64,000 nucleotides of DNA from a virus, in IMG/VR virus record IMGVR_UViG_3300048924_000151, positions 3,285-67,284 of that record, one strand, 5' to 3'. Below the pieces are notes generated by a model. It saw nothing but the letters and a program-made list of their open reading frames with translations. It made no database searches and was not told the origin of the DNA. The position numbers and the translations under genes are program-made. Below are positions 9,032 through 18,328 of this stretch, piece by piece (position 1 is the stretch's first letter; each line of letters begins with the position of its first letter).

Positions 9032-9823
9032 TCAAGGCGCTAAGGTAGCTTTCAGCCTTGCCATCAATTCGACAGCCGCATCAAGCCTTTCTACCGACAA
9101 CAAGGTCGGGGCAATCACGGGCGGGGTAACTACAGGAGTTACCGCCGCCTTAAAGAACAGCTTAGGATAAGATTTCACTACCTGAGTGATCTTATTCGCT
9201 GCTGCTCTTGTCTCGCAAAGTCCCTTTGCCACAAGGTACTTCTCAAAATCGGCAACGCAATTGATATCAGATTCACTTGCGTCTTTAATAAACACCATTC
9301 CGGCACTATCGTTGGCCGGGAACGGAACGATGGAGACCTCGTAAAGATCGCCCTCGTCAATCTGCAACCACTCCCCTTGCTTATCGTCCCCTTTTACCGT
9401 GTATGCAACAAGAATAAATCCGACCGAAAAAGAAATTCCCTCGTTTGCCTTAGCGGCTTCATACGCGTCACGTACATAGCTAATTGCGAGATTCATCTGA
9501 GCCTCAATCCAGAGGCCACCCGGTCGGTATTCGAGGCGCTTGATGACGCCTGCCATCTGATCCCAATTGTGACCGAGAAGCAGTTTGATGCCTTTTGGAC
9601 CGGTCAACCCGCGCTTCTGGATCGACTTCGTAAACGCACCGTCCATGACGATATGCTGATACACATCCATGTCCTGTGTCGATGCCCAGCCAGCGATGTA
9701 TCCATCAGGGATGTTATCGCCGAGCGCTTTCATCTCCACATCAGTAGCAGGCTTGAACTTGACGTTCAGCGTGCGCTTCTGACCGGGTGCGAACTTCTTG
9801 AGCAGCTTGGGCATTGTGGTCAA
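9032..9823 (-). CDS. HK97-family prohead protease
   Basis: GYIAGWAS, LLLGH, FSVGF, LYEVSIVPFPAN motifs. Confidence 0.92.
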   Translation of the reverse strand: MTTMPKLLKKFAPGQKRTLNVKFKPATDVEMKALGDNIPDGYIAGWASTQDMDVYQHIVMDGAFTKSIQKRGLTGPKGIKLLLGHNWDQMAGVIKRLEYRPGGLWIEAQMNLAISYVRDAYEAAKANEGISFSVGFILVAYTVKGDDKQGEWLQIDEGDLYEVSIVPFPANDSAGMVFIKDASESDINCVADFEKYLVAKGLCETRAAANKITQVVKSYPKLFFKAAVTPVVTPPVIAPTLLSVERLDAAVELMARLKATLAP

Positions 9824-11106
9824 TCCTCTTTCGGTTCAGTGGGCTCGACGACGGGCTTCACCGCCGCTATGACTTCGGGGAATTTATCACTTGGTCCGTA
9901 TCCGCACAACTCACGCTTCTCTGTTGTCGTGAGAAAGTTGACGGAGGTAAGGTTCTTCGCGCGCTGGATGCGGCTATCGGCAAGTGCATCGATGCTATCG
10001 CGGTCGAAGCGAATACGCGCACCGTAAGGGCAGATCGCCGCCGTAAGGCCAACCTCTATGGGGACGAGATAGCAAGGCGTAATGGTATCCGCCCAGAACG
10101 TCATGCGGCTTTCCGCATAGTTGCCAGCAAATTTCGCGGCATCCGCGCCGCCGATGCCGAGCAACGCAATCGGAATGCCGAATGCTCCGCCGATCATGCG
10201 CGACATATCGTCAAGCGGTATCTTCGAATGGATATCGCTAAGATCATTATCCAGCTTATCAATCTTGACGCTGGTACCATCGAGAAAAAGAACCTTGCCT
10301 GATTCTTCGCCCCCCGCCGCTCCTTCTTCGATGTGCTCTTCCATCGCCTTCTTCTGAGGCTTTGTAATAGTCTTCTCGCCGGTGATGATGTACTTCGAAT
10401 TGAAATGTCCAGTGGCGGTATCAAACGCACGCTCCAGAAGCAGTTTGATAACCATTGACGGCATACCGATTGCCGCTAGAGCGTTGATGTTACGATTGTA
10501 GGAAGATGCTGTACCAATCGAACCAGCAAGCGAGGGGGTGTAAATCTCGTGAGCATAGGGTTGATATTTGGTCTCGCTTTCCTCAGAAGATCGACGTGTC
10601 ATCAGCGTCTGTTTTTCTTGCAGATTGCCATATTCAAATTGCGTCGTGACGCCACGATCATTCGGAATGGCCTTAAGAAAACGAGCGTCAAGAGGGTATA
10701 GGCCATTCGCAAATCCACTCACAGATGATACGCCGACCTTAAAGCCAATCCGGCCGAAAACTGCATAGTTCAAAGCCATCCAGAACTTCAACTGATCCGG
10801 AGCAAGACTATCGTTCGGAGAAGCCAGGACCGAATTGATGGCCTTAATCGTGAGAGCGCCTGCGCGTTCGCCGCGCGGCACTTCTGGGTCTTCTTCACAG
10901 TACCAGCCGACCGTTTGCACACTTGATGCGATCTTATTCAAGCATCGATAGATGATAGGATGCTCTAGGGCAGCATCCGCAGCGACTACGTTCCCGTAGC
11001 TAACAACGCTGCGCGCGCCTCCGAACGTCCGCACGGGCGAACGCGGCGCGTCGTTCTTGCCTCGCGCAGGCTTTGCCTTTTCGAATAGACGGTCCAAAAA
11101 GCTCAT
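9820..11106 (-). CDS. HK97-family portal protein
   Basis: IGGAFGIPIALLG, TITP, LTTTEKRELCG motifs; start MSFLDRLF. Confidence 0.9.
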   Translation of the reverse strand: MSFLDRLFEKAKPARGKNDAPRSPVRTFGGARSVVSYGNVVAADAALEHPIIYRCLNKIASSVQTVGWYCEEDPEVPRGERAGALTIKAINSVLASPNDSLAPDQLKFWMALNYAVFGRIGFKVGVSSVSGFANGLYPLDARFLKAIPNDRGVTTQFEYGNLQEKQTLMTRRSSEESETKYQPYAHEIYTPSLAGSIGTASSYNRNINALAAIGMPSMVIKLLLERAFDTATGHFNSKYIITGEKTITKPQKKAMEEHIEEGAAGGEESGKVLFLDGTSVKIDKLDNDLSDIHSKIPLDDMSRMIGGAFGIPIALLGIGGADAAKFAGNYAESRMTFWADTITPCYLVPIEVGLTAAICPYGARIRFDRDSIDALADSRIQRAKNLTSVNFLTTTEKRELCGYGPSDKFPEVIAAVKPVVEPTEPKED

Positions 11107-11110
11107 GGCG

Positions 11111-12397
11111 TTACCTTCTTTTCCGTCCAAAACCGAATTTGTAAACGCCACCGCCGTTATCGTTATCATTCGAAGCGCGCTGAGCATCTTCGCAGGCGTA
11201 ACGGCATGCGTCCCAATAATGGTTGTGCGCATCAACCGGTACGTTTGTCATCTTGCGAGTAAGACGATCTTTCTGCCATGTATAAAGGCGCGCTTCGTCT
11301 CGCATCTCGGAACAATCAGGATCGATGATAATCCGAAAACCCTGCATCCACGTGATGCCGGTCTTGACGGAGCCGGGCCCTTTAACTGCGCCTTCGACGT
11401 TGTAGCCGTTAGCGGATAGATTGTCGATAACTCCGGGCTGAGAACTATCACATTTGATGTAATCGTCTTTACTATCGACCACAAGGTCGATAAGAGCGCC
11501 CAGTTGAGAAATGGGTACGCGACCACCAGCTTCACGAGCGATGTATATTTCCTTGGTATCATAATTGATATACATCTTAACGATAGCAGAAGGATCGGAG
11601 CCGAACCCGAAGTCCATCCCGTAAACCGGAGTGATGTGCGCTGGCACTTCGATACGGCCAATCTCCACATTCTGGAAAATCTTGCCGTCATAATCGTTGT
11701 CGTATTCGCCTAGCCAGATGTGCTGATAGCGCTTGAAATTGCCACGCTTCATATGCTCCATTTCGGCGGGCATTTCGGTATGGTAGAACCAAGGATTATC
11801 AAGGTACGATACGTCAATAACCTTGGTACGCGGCGGCGCATCCTCGCCCGTCGCAGAGAAGTAAGAATCAACCGGGTCTTCCGGCTTTTCCGGGTTATAT
11901 GTCCAAATAATCTTGGAACCCGGCTTACGGATGGTAGGAATAAGAATTTCCATCGACCGTGTATTGATAGTACGTGCTTCTTCCACCCAGCAGATATCCG
12001 CCCCCTCTAGCGATTTCGCGCTTTCCGGGTTGCGATCTAGGCCGATAAAGGTGAATCGACTTTCAGTCTTGCGATGGATGATCTCGCGATCTGTAATCTT
12101 GAACTGCGGAGCAAGACCATGAACCTTGATCTTATGTTCTAATAGTTCTTTCGAACTGTCCGCAATCGAATTCTGAAATTGACGTGCGCAGACGAAGCGC
12201 AGATTGCTTTTTGCGGCGATAATAGGCAGCACCGTTCCGACGCTATGCGACTTCGCGGAGCCGCGACCGCCTTTAAGAACGATGTGCCGCCAGTCTTCGA
12301 ACAGCGGCAAAAACTTTTCGCCAAGGTAGATAGGGACAGCGCCTGGCGTTGCACCAAGGCTATCCATATCAAAACCTTGGCGAACTATCTCATTCAT
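11111..12397 (-). CDS. terL: Terminase large subunit (PBSX family)
   Basis: Walker A GGRGSAKS, WVEEA Walker B, nuclease GMDFG and NHYWDACRY. Confidence 0.95.
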   Translation of the reverse strand: MNEIVRQGFDMDSLGATPGAVPIYLGEKFLPLFEDWRHIVLKGGRGSAKSHSVGTVLPIIAAKSNLRFVCARQFQNSIADSSKELLEHKIKVHGLAPQFKITDREIIHRKTESRFTFIGLDRNPESAKSLEGADICWVEEARTINTRSMEILIPTIRKPGSKIIWTYNPEKPEDPVDSYFSATGEDAPPRTKVIDVSYLDNPWFYHTEMPAEMEHMKRGNFKRYQHIWLGEYDNDYDGKIFQNVEIGRIEVPAHITPVYGMDFGFGSDPSAIVKMYINYDTKEIYIAREAGGRVPISQLGALIDLVVDSKDDYIKCDSSQPGVIDNLSANGYNVEGAVKGPGSVKTGITWMQGFRIIIDPDCSEMRDEARLYTWQKDRLTRKMTNVPVDAHNHYWDACRYACEDAQRASNDNDNGGGVYKFGFGRKRR

Positions 12398-12402
12398 TGA
12401 TA

Positions 12403-12600
12403 TCAGACAGTCGGTCGCGTCATTGAAACACGCGGCGGCTGAGTGCCGACCGCCTGCTGGTTAAGGTTCAGACCCTGCGAGCGAACGACGTTGGTCGATT
12501 GCTGCTGCGCCTGAGACTGGAAGCCCGGCAGAGAGGCCGAGCGGGAGACCGATGGCTGAGCAGGTATTGAAAGTTTGCTTCCGCCGCATCCACAACCCAT
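12403..12600 (-). CDS. Small hypothetical protein (MGCGCGG start)
   Basis: ATG with AAGGA RBS; 65 aa. Confidence 0.55.
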   Translation of the reverse strand: MGCGCGGSKLSIPAQPSVSRSASLPGFQSQAQQQSTNVVRSQGLNLNQQAVGTQPPRVSMTRPTV

Positions 12601-12611
12601 GGTATCATTCC

Positions 12612-12887
12612 TTATAGTACGATCATCGCCGCGATTATAAGAACAAAAGGCACGCTCGCGACGAAAATGCCAATTGCAACGCCCCGGAAGATCAAGCAAC
12701 AAGGGCAGCTGGTGAACATGTAGCGCATAAACGCCGAAGTCCAATGCTCCGGAGTGCTGCACCAAGGGCCGAGAAACGTGAGACTGGCCCAAGCAAAGAA
12801 GTTCGAAAGCCAGTTGTCGGTCCAGTCGTGTGGAGCGGTTTCGAAAGTTGGTACATCTTCCGGACGATACTTAAAAGGATTTCGCAT
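12612..12887 (-). CDS. Small membrane protein
   Basis: C-terminal hydrophobic segment GVAIGIFVASVPFVLIIAAMIVL; AAGGA RBS. Confidence 0.6.
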   Translation of the reverse strand: MRNPFKYRPEDVPTFETAPHDWTDNWLSNFFAWASLTFLGPWCSTPEHWTSAFMRYMFTSCPCCLIFRGVAIGIFVASVPFVLIIAAMIVL

Positions 12888-12897
12888 AGTGTGGTCC

Positions 12898-13320
12898 TTA
12901 TTCCGGGGCCATACCCCTGCCACCGCCACCCGTATTCGCATCGGTAGCACCTATAGGCTGTCCGCAGCAAGGGCAAATGCCGGGATTTGTTTGGCCTTCG
13001 GGAATAGGGGGCGGCGTGTAAGGCGTGGTCACTGTAACATTCGCATTATTACCAGCACCACCAAGGCTGTTGACCGATGGACCTACGTTCTTTTGTATCA
13101 GAGCGCCCAGCGCCATGCTGGCCATCGCAGAGAGGTTTGCGCTCCACGACGCATCGAACGTCGCCTCTACGCCGAGAAGGACCTTGACTATCACTTGAAC
13201 AAAGCCAAGGGAAATCGAAGCAAATACGATCATAGCGCAGACAATAATGCCTGCGTAGTCACGTATCATTGCCGGAGAAGAAGGCCGACGATGGCGGTTG
13301 TATTTGCCGAACACGCTCAT
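12898..13320 (-). CDS. Two-TM membrane protein (holin candidate)
   Basis: Basic N-terminus followed by two hydrophobic helices. Confidence 0.5.
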   Translation of the reverse strand: MSVFGKYNRHRRPSSPAMIRDYAGIIVCAMIVFASISLGFVQVIVKVLLGVEATFDASWSANLSAMASMALGALIQKNVGPSVNSLGGAGNNANVTVTTPYTPPPIPEGQTNPGICPCCGQPIGATDANTGGGGRGMAPE

Positions 13321-13796
13321 CGCCGCACTCTGTATGGGGGATTTAGGTGAAACCTGATCTTAGGAGTTGCCTCGCAATGCGGAGCGGCAAACGTCTTCTG
13401 ATATAGATTGCAGCGTGAGCAGACCATAACGCTGTAATCGACTTCTTCAGGAAGATTAGGCGGCAACTGGAAAGATCGCGGTACCACCTTGTCACCGACT
13501 TCAATGGATTGAGACAACTCAGTAGGATCGAGCGTTGTTATCGGCGTTCCGTCTGGGTTGTCAAACATGCGCTGCAACGTCGCAGGGCAAACACGCCTTA
13601 TCTCTTTAACGGCCCAATTCGCTGTTACCATGCTCTGCTGGTCCGCAGGATCGGGATCGATAAAGCTTGCGCCGTCAGGCGGTCCTACGTCCCAAACATA
13701 CGGCGAGACGTTATCGTTGACCAGATATGCAATCCAAGTGCCAGTCGATAGGCAGATCAACATCCAAACGACTGCAAATGCACGAATGAAATTCAT
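13317..13796 (-). CDS. Membrane-anchored periplasmic protein (antiholin-like candidate)
   Basis: N-terminal TM, 4 Cys in the soluble domain. Confidence 0.5.
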   Translation of the reverse strand: MNFIRAFAVVWMLICLSTGTWIAYLVNDNVSPYVWDVGPPDGASFIDPDPADQQSMVTANWAVKEIRRVCPATLQRMFDNPDGTPITTLDPTELSQSIEVGDKVVPRSFQLPPNLPEEVDYSVMVCSRCNLYQKTFAAPHCEATPKIRFHLNPPYRVRR

Positions 13797-14206
13797 TTTA
13801 TTTGTACCACTATAAATTCCTTCAGCGCTTTCCAAAATTGAGAAACGCCGATAAATGCTCCGCCTACCATCGCGCCGCCGACCCACAGGAATTTCCATAT
13901 GATCTTGGAGGCATTCATGAAGTCTACGGTGGAATTCAGCTGCGAAATCTTTTGCTTGTCTGCTTTGAGTAGCCATCTCTTAGCCTCCGGCGAAAGATTC
14001 TGATAGAAGTCTGCCGATGCCACAACGTTTGCAATGCGTTGTACTGTCATCATCTTCCAGAAAGCCTTTTGCGCTTCTGTCGATGGCTGCTCAAGGTGTA
14101 AGTCTTGCTGCATCCAAGCACGGACTTCTGGAGACATGGCTTCAAACGGTTCGATGACGGTGGGAGGAAAACCATCGTCATCTTCGTCTTCGACTGCGGG
14201 CTTCAT
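13793..14206 (-). CDS. Hypothetical protein with C-terminal TM
   Basis: IIWKFLWVGGAMVGGAFIGV hydrophobic segment; AAAGAG RBS. Confidence 0.55.
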   Translation of the reverse strand: MKPAVEDEDDDGFPPTVIEPFEAMSPEVRAWMQQDLHLEQPSTEAQKAFWKMMTVQRIANVVASADFYQNLSPEAKRWLLKADKQKISQLNSTVDFMNASKIIWKFLWVGGAMVGGAFIGVSQFWKALKEFIVVQIK

Positions 14207-14276
14207 ATCAATCTCTTTTCGCCAAGACTTAATAGTCTTGATGGAAGCCCTTAAAGCATCGAACACAATGCTTCGC

Positions 14277-14372
14277 TTATACGATTGGTTGGCCGAATTG
14301 GATTGCGAAGCCGGGCAAAGGGACTGCGACATTTGCGGCACAGGCGGGACGGCAGGCGGTGAGAATGATCAT
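14277..14372 (-). CDS. 31-aa micro-protein, paralog of 5931..6014
   Basis: MIILTACRPACAANVAVPLPGFAIQFGQPIV with AAAGGA RBS; not in ORF track. Confidence 0.65.
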   Translation of the reverse strand: MIILTACRPACAANVAVPLPGFAIQFGQPIV

Positions 14373-14402
14373 GGCGTTTCCTTTCTGATCGAAGCTTAGT
14401 TA

Positions 14403-14441
14403 GAAGGCGCTGCTGGGGTACCACCCCCCCGCAGCGCCTTC
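14403..14441 (-). terminator. Strong hairpin downstream of terS
   Basis: GAAGGCGCTGC ... GCAGCGCCTTC 11-bp inverted repeat. Confidence 0.5.
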
Positions 14442-14589
14442 CGTGACATCTTCCGTTCTTCCGCTACACCGCAGCGTCTATTAGGAAGTGGCCACACGCC
14501 TTTGCTATCGTGCCACCTCATGACTCCCACAGTGGAGTAGCCAATCGGCTAACTGCAAGCGTTGGTACACCAGCAGCAGTCGCGCTAGC

Positions 14590-15372
14590 CTAGGTATCCT
14601 TAGCAACTGTTACATGATCGATAAGCGGCGTGCGCGCCAGAGGCGTATGCTCAACGACGGGCGCAGGCAAGAATGTGCCAGACGGCACCGGAACAATCGC
14701 AATGTTCGTGACCGAAAGGTTATTGTTTACGACAGAGGGGTTCGCCGCTTCCTCTGCAACGCCCTTGACATGCAACATTTTCAGCAGTGTATCAATCGCT
14801 GCCAGTTTGGAATGCATGCTGAACTTGATGTTCTCATTTTGGCCGAACTGCGTTTGAGTTCGACTAATCGAAATCGACTGGATCGCGGCCAGCTTCTTCC
14901 GGTCGGTATCAGGCGACAGCGTAAGGCGCATGTCACCTGAGCTGTCTGTATCAAAGAAGTCGCCGATGTTAGATGTCGCAATGCTGAAGAGTTCTTCTTT
15001 GAGCTCCTCAACTCGCATCTGCGACTTGGCAGTATGATAGTTCATCACCGCTTCGATAGCGGTAAGCATCGCAGGAAGCTTCAGGAGGTTCGCTGCGGTA
15101 CGGCGAGCGATGGACGGGTCAAAGCCTGCCGCGACGGCAGCCAAAGGCCCGTCCATGCCAGAAGCGAAATATTCGTCAAGGAACACTCGCTGCTTCGTCG
15201 TCAGCAGGGCACGCGCCGCCGCAAGGGCATTCGCCAGCGCAACAAGGTCAGCCCGGTAGCCCTCCGGCATAACGGGCATGTCGTGCCGCGAAGCACTAAG
15301 ACCGGATAGGGGGCTGGGAATCACGGTGTCCTGCATCTCGCGATCTAGAATGCAGTTCGGAGCAGAATGCAA
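14590..15372 (-). CDS. terS: Terminase small subunit (start uncertain)
   Basis: LTTKQRVFLDEY...AAVAAGF...AANLLKLP HTH and KFSMHSKLAAIDTL motifs. Confidence 0.85.
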   Translation of the reverse strand: MHSAPNCILDREMQDTVIPSPLSGLSASRHDMPVMPEGYRADLVALANALAAARALLTTKQRVFLDEYFASGMDGPLAAVAAGFDPSIARRTAANLLKLPAMLTAIEAVMNYHTAKSQMRVEELKEELFSIATSNIGDFFDTDSSGDMRLTLSPDTDRKKLAAIQSISISRTQTQFGQNENIKFSMHSKLAAIDTLLKMLHVKGVAEEAANPSVVNNNLSVTNIAIVPVPSGTFLPAPVVEHTPLARTPLIDHVTVAKDT

Positions 15373-15427
15373 GCGGAAAGCGATACAGCGCAGAAATATC
15401 GCGCATTAAATCGCGTTGATAGTTCCT

Positions 15428-15628
15428 TTACGGAGATGGTACTGCTTGGTATTCGACACCTTCGTACTCGCAGAGAAGTATCCATGTCGCAGCGTTGGGA
15501 CTTGATAGTTCGCCTGCGGCTGCAACCGACAAGACGCGGATATTATCGTTGTTCAGGGCCTTAATGTGCTCGTTCAGTCTATTGCGATTGCAATTCGGAA
15601 CGATAGCAACGCTCTGATGTACCTTCAT
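15428..15628 (-). CDS. Hypothetical protein
   Basis: ORF with RBS in operon orientation. Confidence 0.45.
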   Translation of the reverse strand: MKVHQSVAIVPNCNRNRLNEHIKALNNDNIRVLSVAAAGELSSPNAATWILLCEYEGVEYQAVPSP

Positions 15629-15702
15629 CTGATAGTTCTTTCTTCGATGGTTCTTTGATAGTATCGCACGGCGCGGGATGCGCCGTGCGATGATAGTGGT
15701 AG

Positions 15703-16467
15703 TTACTCCGGGGAGTAGTCGTGAACCGGCACCCAGCCCGGGATTTCGCAGGTGTATCCGGGATCGCCAGTGAACGCGCTTTTCTTCAGGCCTTCTTCCC
15801 ACTTGCGCGGAGCACTGATGATGCCGCCGTTCCAGTTGAACCCCTGATAGGTGCCGACCGGGGTGGAACTGATAGCGATGCCGCCGTTTCCTTCGACGCC
15901 CATTGCGTGGACTTCGCAGTTGTCAAAGCCGATAGCAGACGGGGGAGCGTTCGCGTGCAGCGCGTGACCGAACGATGAAGGAAGCTGAGCGATGTTTGTC
16001 TGCCTGATACCATAGGCCGACCAGTAGTTCCAGAATTGGCAATCGCGCGCGGTGACGGAGACGGCCGACTGGAGCCAGAGCGGAGCCCAGCTCAGCGAAT
16101 GAGAGAGGAAAATCTTTTCGAGATTGATCAGGTTGGTATTGAGAAACTGCCCCTGACCGATGAAGATGCCGCAGTTCGGTCGATACTGCGCAAGGTTTCG
16201 TTCGCCGAGGGTGAAATCGGCAAGAGTGATCATCCACTGATCGAGGATTTCGATCGTGTTCATGTTATCCTGAATCGGGATAATGTTAGTAACGTTACGG
16301 CCGCGACCGCGAACGTTGACGCATGAGCGCATCTCTGCCTTTTGAATGCAGAGGTGACCGGCTTCGATCTGGATGTTGCCGCCGCCTGATGCGGAGACAT
16401 CATAGATCGCCTGTTGGAAGGCGAATGTTTGGTCATTGCCCGTCGGTTGGAAAGAGACTTCTGTCAT
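15703..16467 (-). CDS. Pectate-lyase-like right-handed beta-helix protein
   Basis: GNDQTFAFQQAI...SGGGNIQIEAG and VNVRGRG N-terminal signature. Confidence 0.7.
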   Translation of the reverse strand: MTEVSFQPTGNDQTFAFQQAIYDVSASGGGNIQIEAGHLCIQKAEMRSCVNVRGRGRNVTNIIPIQDNMNTIEILDQWMITLADFTLGERNLAQYRPNCGIFIGQGQFLNTNLINLEKIFLSHSLSWAPLWLQSAVSVTARDCQFWNYWSAYGIRQTNIAQLPSSFGHALHANAPPSAIGFDNCEVHAMGVEGNGGIAISSTPVGTYQGFNWNGGIISAPRKWEEGLKKSAFTGDPGYTCEIPGWVPVHDYSPE

Positions 16468-16572
16468 AGGATGTGCCCTTCGAACGATGCACGCTGCAAC
16501 CGGCATTGGTAGCAGGCGGCATCGTAAGGGCATAGCTACCCTAAGTAGAGCTCATAAGATACAAGGGAGATT

Positions 16573-16815
16573 TCAGAGCGACATCGAATTCATAACTGAT
16601 AGTCGATTAGCTCTATCCTGCAATCTCTGTTCAATGACACCTTCCAATTGTAACGCGATCAGAGCTATAAAGCAATTGCGCCGCGTCTCCGCATACAGAT
16701 ACACATTCTCAGGACAGCAAGTCGCCATCGCGAATTCCATCGAGTTAATGCGACGGCGCAGCGTCATCTGCCATTCATATTTGCGACGTTCGGCTCCGCC
16801 GAATTTGATCGTCAT
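16573..16815 (-). CDS. Hypothetical protein
   Basis: ATGA overlap with upstream gene, AGGAG RBS. Confidence 0.5.
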   Translation of the reverse strand: MTIKFGGAERRKYEWQMTLRRRINSMEFAMATCCPENVYLYAETRRNCFIALIALQLEGVIEQRLQDRANRLSVMNSMSL

Positions 16816-17138
16816 GTACGTTCTCCTGTCTCTGCGCCGCCGAAGTGCACACAAAGACCATCTTCTAGAGGTTGATACAAACGGCACGTAAGTGGTCGCG
16901 TATCGTATATGCCGCATCTGCCTGTGGGCAAAAGGGCAGGACAGCTGTAACGAACTTCGGCGTAAGGTCGGCCACTCTCTGCATCGATGTGCTCCGATAC
17001 TATGCGAGAAACGCGAAATGGCATTTCTTTCTCTTTGACGAGCGTGTCGCGATCTTGGTCCGTCCATACCGTGCTTTCGTTCAACGCGAAGTCTTTACAG
17101 CAGTTGCCCGGCGCATAGCACCTATCACAAAGGCTCAT
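16812..17138 (-). CDS. YkgJ-family Cys-cluster (Zn/Fe-chelating) protein
   Basis: CDRC...CC...CPAL...CGIYDTRPLTCRLY. Confidence 0.8.
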   Translation of the reverse strand: MSLCDRCYAPGNCCKDFALNESTVWTDQDRDTLVKEKEMPFRVSRIVSEHIDAESGRPYAEVRYSCPALLPTGRCGIYDTRPLTCRLYQPLEDGLCVHFGGAETGERT

Positions 17139-17344
17139 GACGTTCGTACTCCACGGCAGTAGTGTATTACAAGAATGCAGCGAGGGCATGTGACCGTACT
17201 CTTGGTGGTACTTGCCATCGGCCCATCGTCATAGCCGATGTCATCTTCGCTGATATCAAATGCATCGCCGCACAAAGTATGCTCGCCATATAGCAAGTGC
17301 ACACCTTCGCTATTCTCGATGTACTCTTTGCCACCGGCCTTCAT
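17135..17344 (-). CDS. Small Zn-finger-like protein
   Basis: HTLCG...VTCPRC. Confidence 0.6.
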   Translation of the reverse strand: MKAGGKEYIENSEGVHLLYGEHTLCGDAFDISEDDIGYDDGPMASTTKSTVTCPRCILVIHYCRGVRTS

Positions 17345-17346
17345 GA

Positions 17347-17646
17347 CTACTCCACGCGCGACGGCTTGTCGTTAAGTTCCACGCGCACGATACTGATTGA
17401 TACCGACTGGTGGCCCGGCACGTTTGTATCAACGACCAGCTGGAGCGCACAAGGGCCGCTTGCTATCATCCGCGCTACGTTCTTCTCGTGTATCGCCCAG
17501 GCTGACACGAACACCCCCGGCGAGGTTTCGAGAACGGGCAGCGCCTTCGTGCCGCCGTGCCGATGCGCAAGCGGCTGCATGCCGTTCGCCGCCATCGGCT
17601 GAAGCTTGATAGGTTCGACGCGCTTCATCTTTTTTTCGAGACTCAT
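17347..17646 (-). CDS. Hypothetical protein
   Basis: ORF in operon; AAGGA RBS. Confidence 0.55.
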   Translation of the reverse strand: MSLEKKMKRVEPIKLQPMAANGMQPLAHRHGGTKALPVLETSPGVFVSAWAIHEKNVARMIASGPCALQLVVDTNVPGHQSVSISIVRVELNDKPSRVE

Positions 17647-18109
17647 GACAGCAGTATCCTTTAATGTTGTGTATTCTTCTGATCCGATATCATGGCTGCA
17701 TCCTAGCAGGACTGATCGCATGGCGCATAGCCGCACGTCTTGCACTGAACAGGCGAATAGCCACAGCGCACGAACGCATCACCGTCTACAGTCGGCTCAT
17801 CGCACGTAGGGCACTTGCCGTCGATGTCTTCATCCTTGTAATCGGTACCAGCGCAGCAGCACATTTGCGGTTCTTTCTTATGGAATTAGCCATTTTATGA
17901 AGTAATACGCGATAAATACCGCGCTACCATAGATCGTAATTCTCGCAAGGTCCATGTGTATCAATCTTCCTTGGGAAGCTGAGACTGGCCCTTACTATTG
18001 ATATCATGATACTCGTATCCGAGGCGAGTGATACGATCCATGATGCTTGCGTATCCATACAGCGATAGAAGTATCAAGCATGTATACAATAGCGCTTCTG
18101 AATTCTTAT

Positions 18110-18328
18110 TCATAGCAAGTCCTGTACTTCGTTTCGTTCTCGCCAGCCCTGCAACTGCGCGAGAAGCCGCCGAGCTATGCCTGCCTCGCGGCGCGCACGG
18201 CGCTGAAAGCGGATCGTCTGCGCGCGCATCTCCGGCATATTCGCTAGCATCTCTATCGTCGCAGCGCGATATGATATCGCAGCCTGATCCTGCCAATAGA
18301 GGATATCGGCGATGTATTCACGATTCAT
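18110..18328 (-). CDS. Hypothetical protein
   Basis: Coupled to upstream ORF stop. Confidence 0.5.
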   Translation of the reverse strand: MNREYIADILYWQDQAAISYRAATIEMLANMPEMRAQTIRFQRRARREAGIARRLLAQLQGWRERNEVQDLL

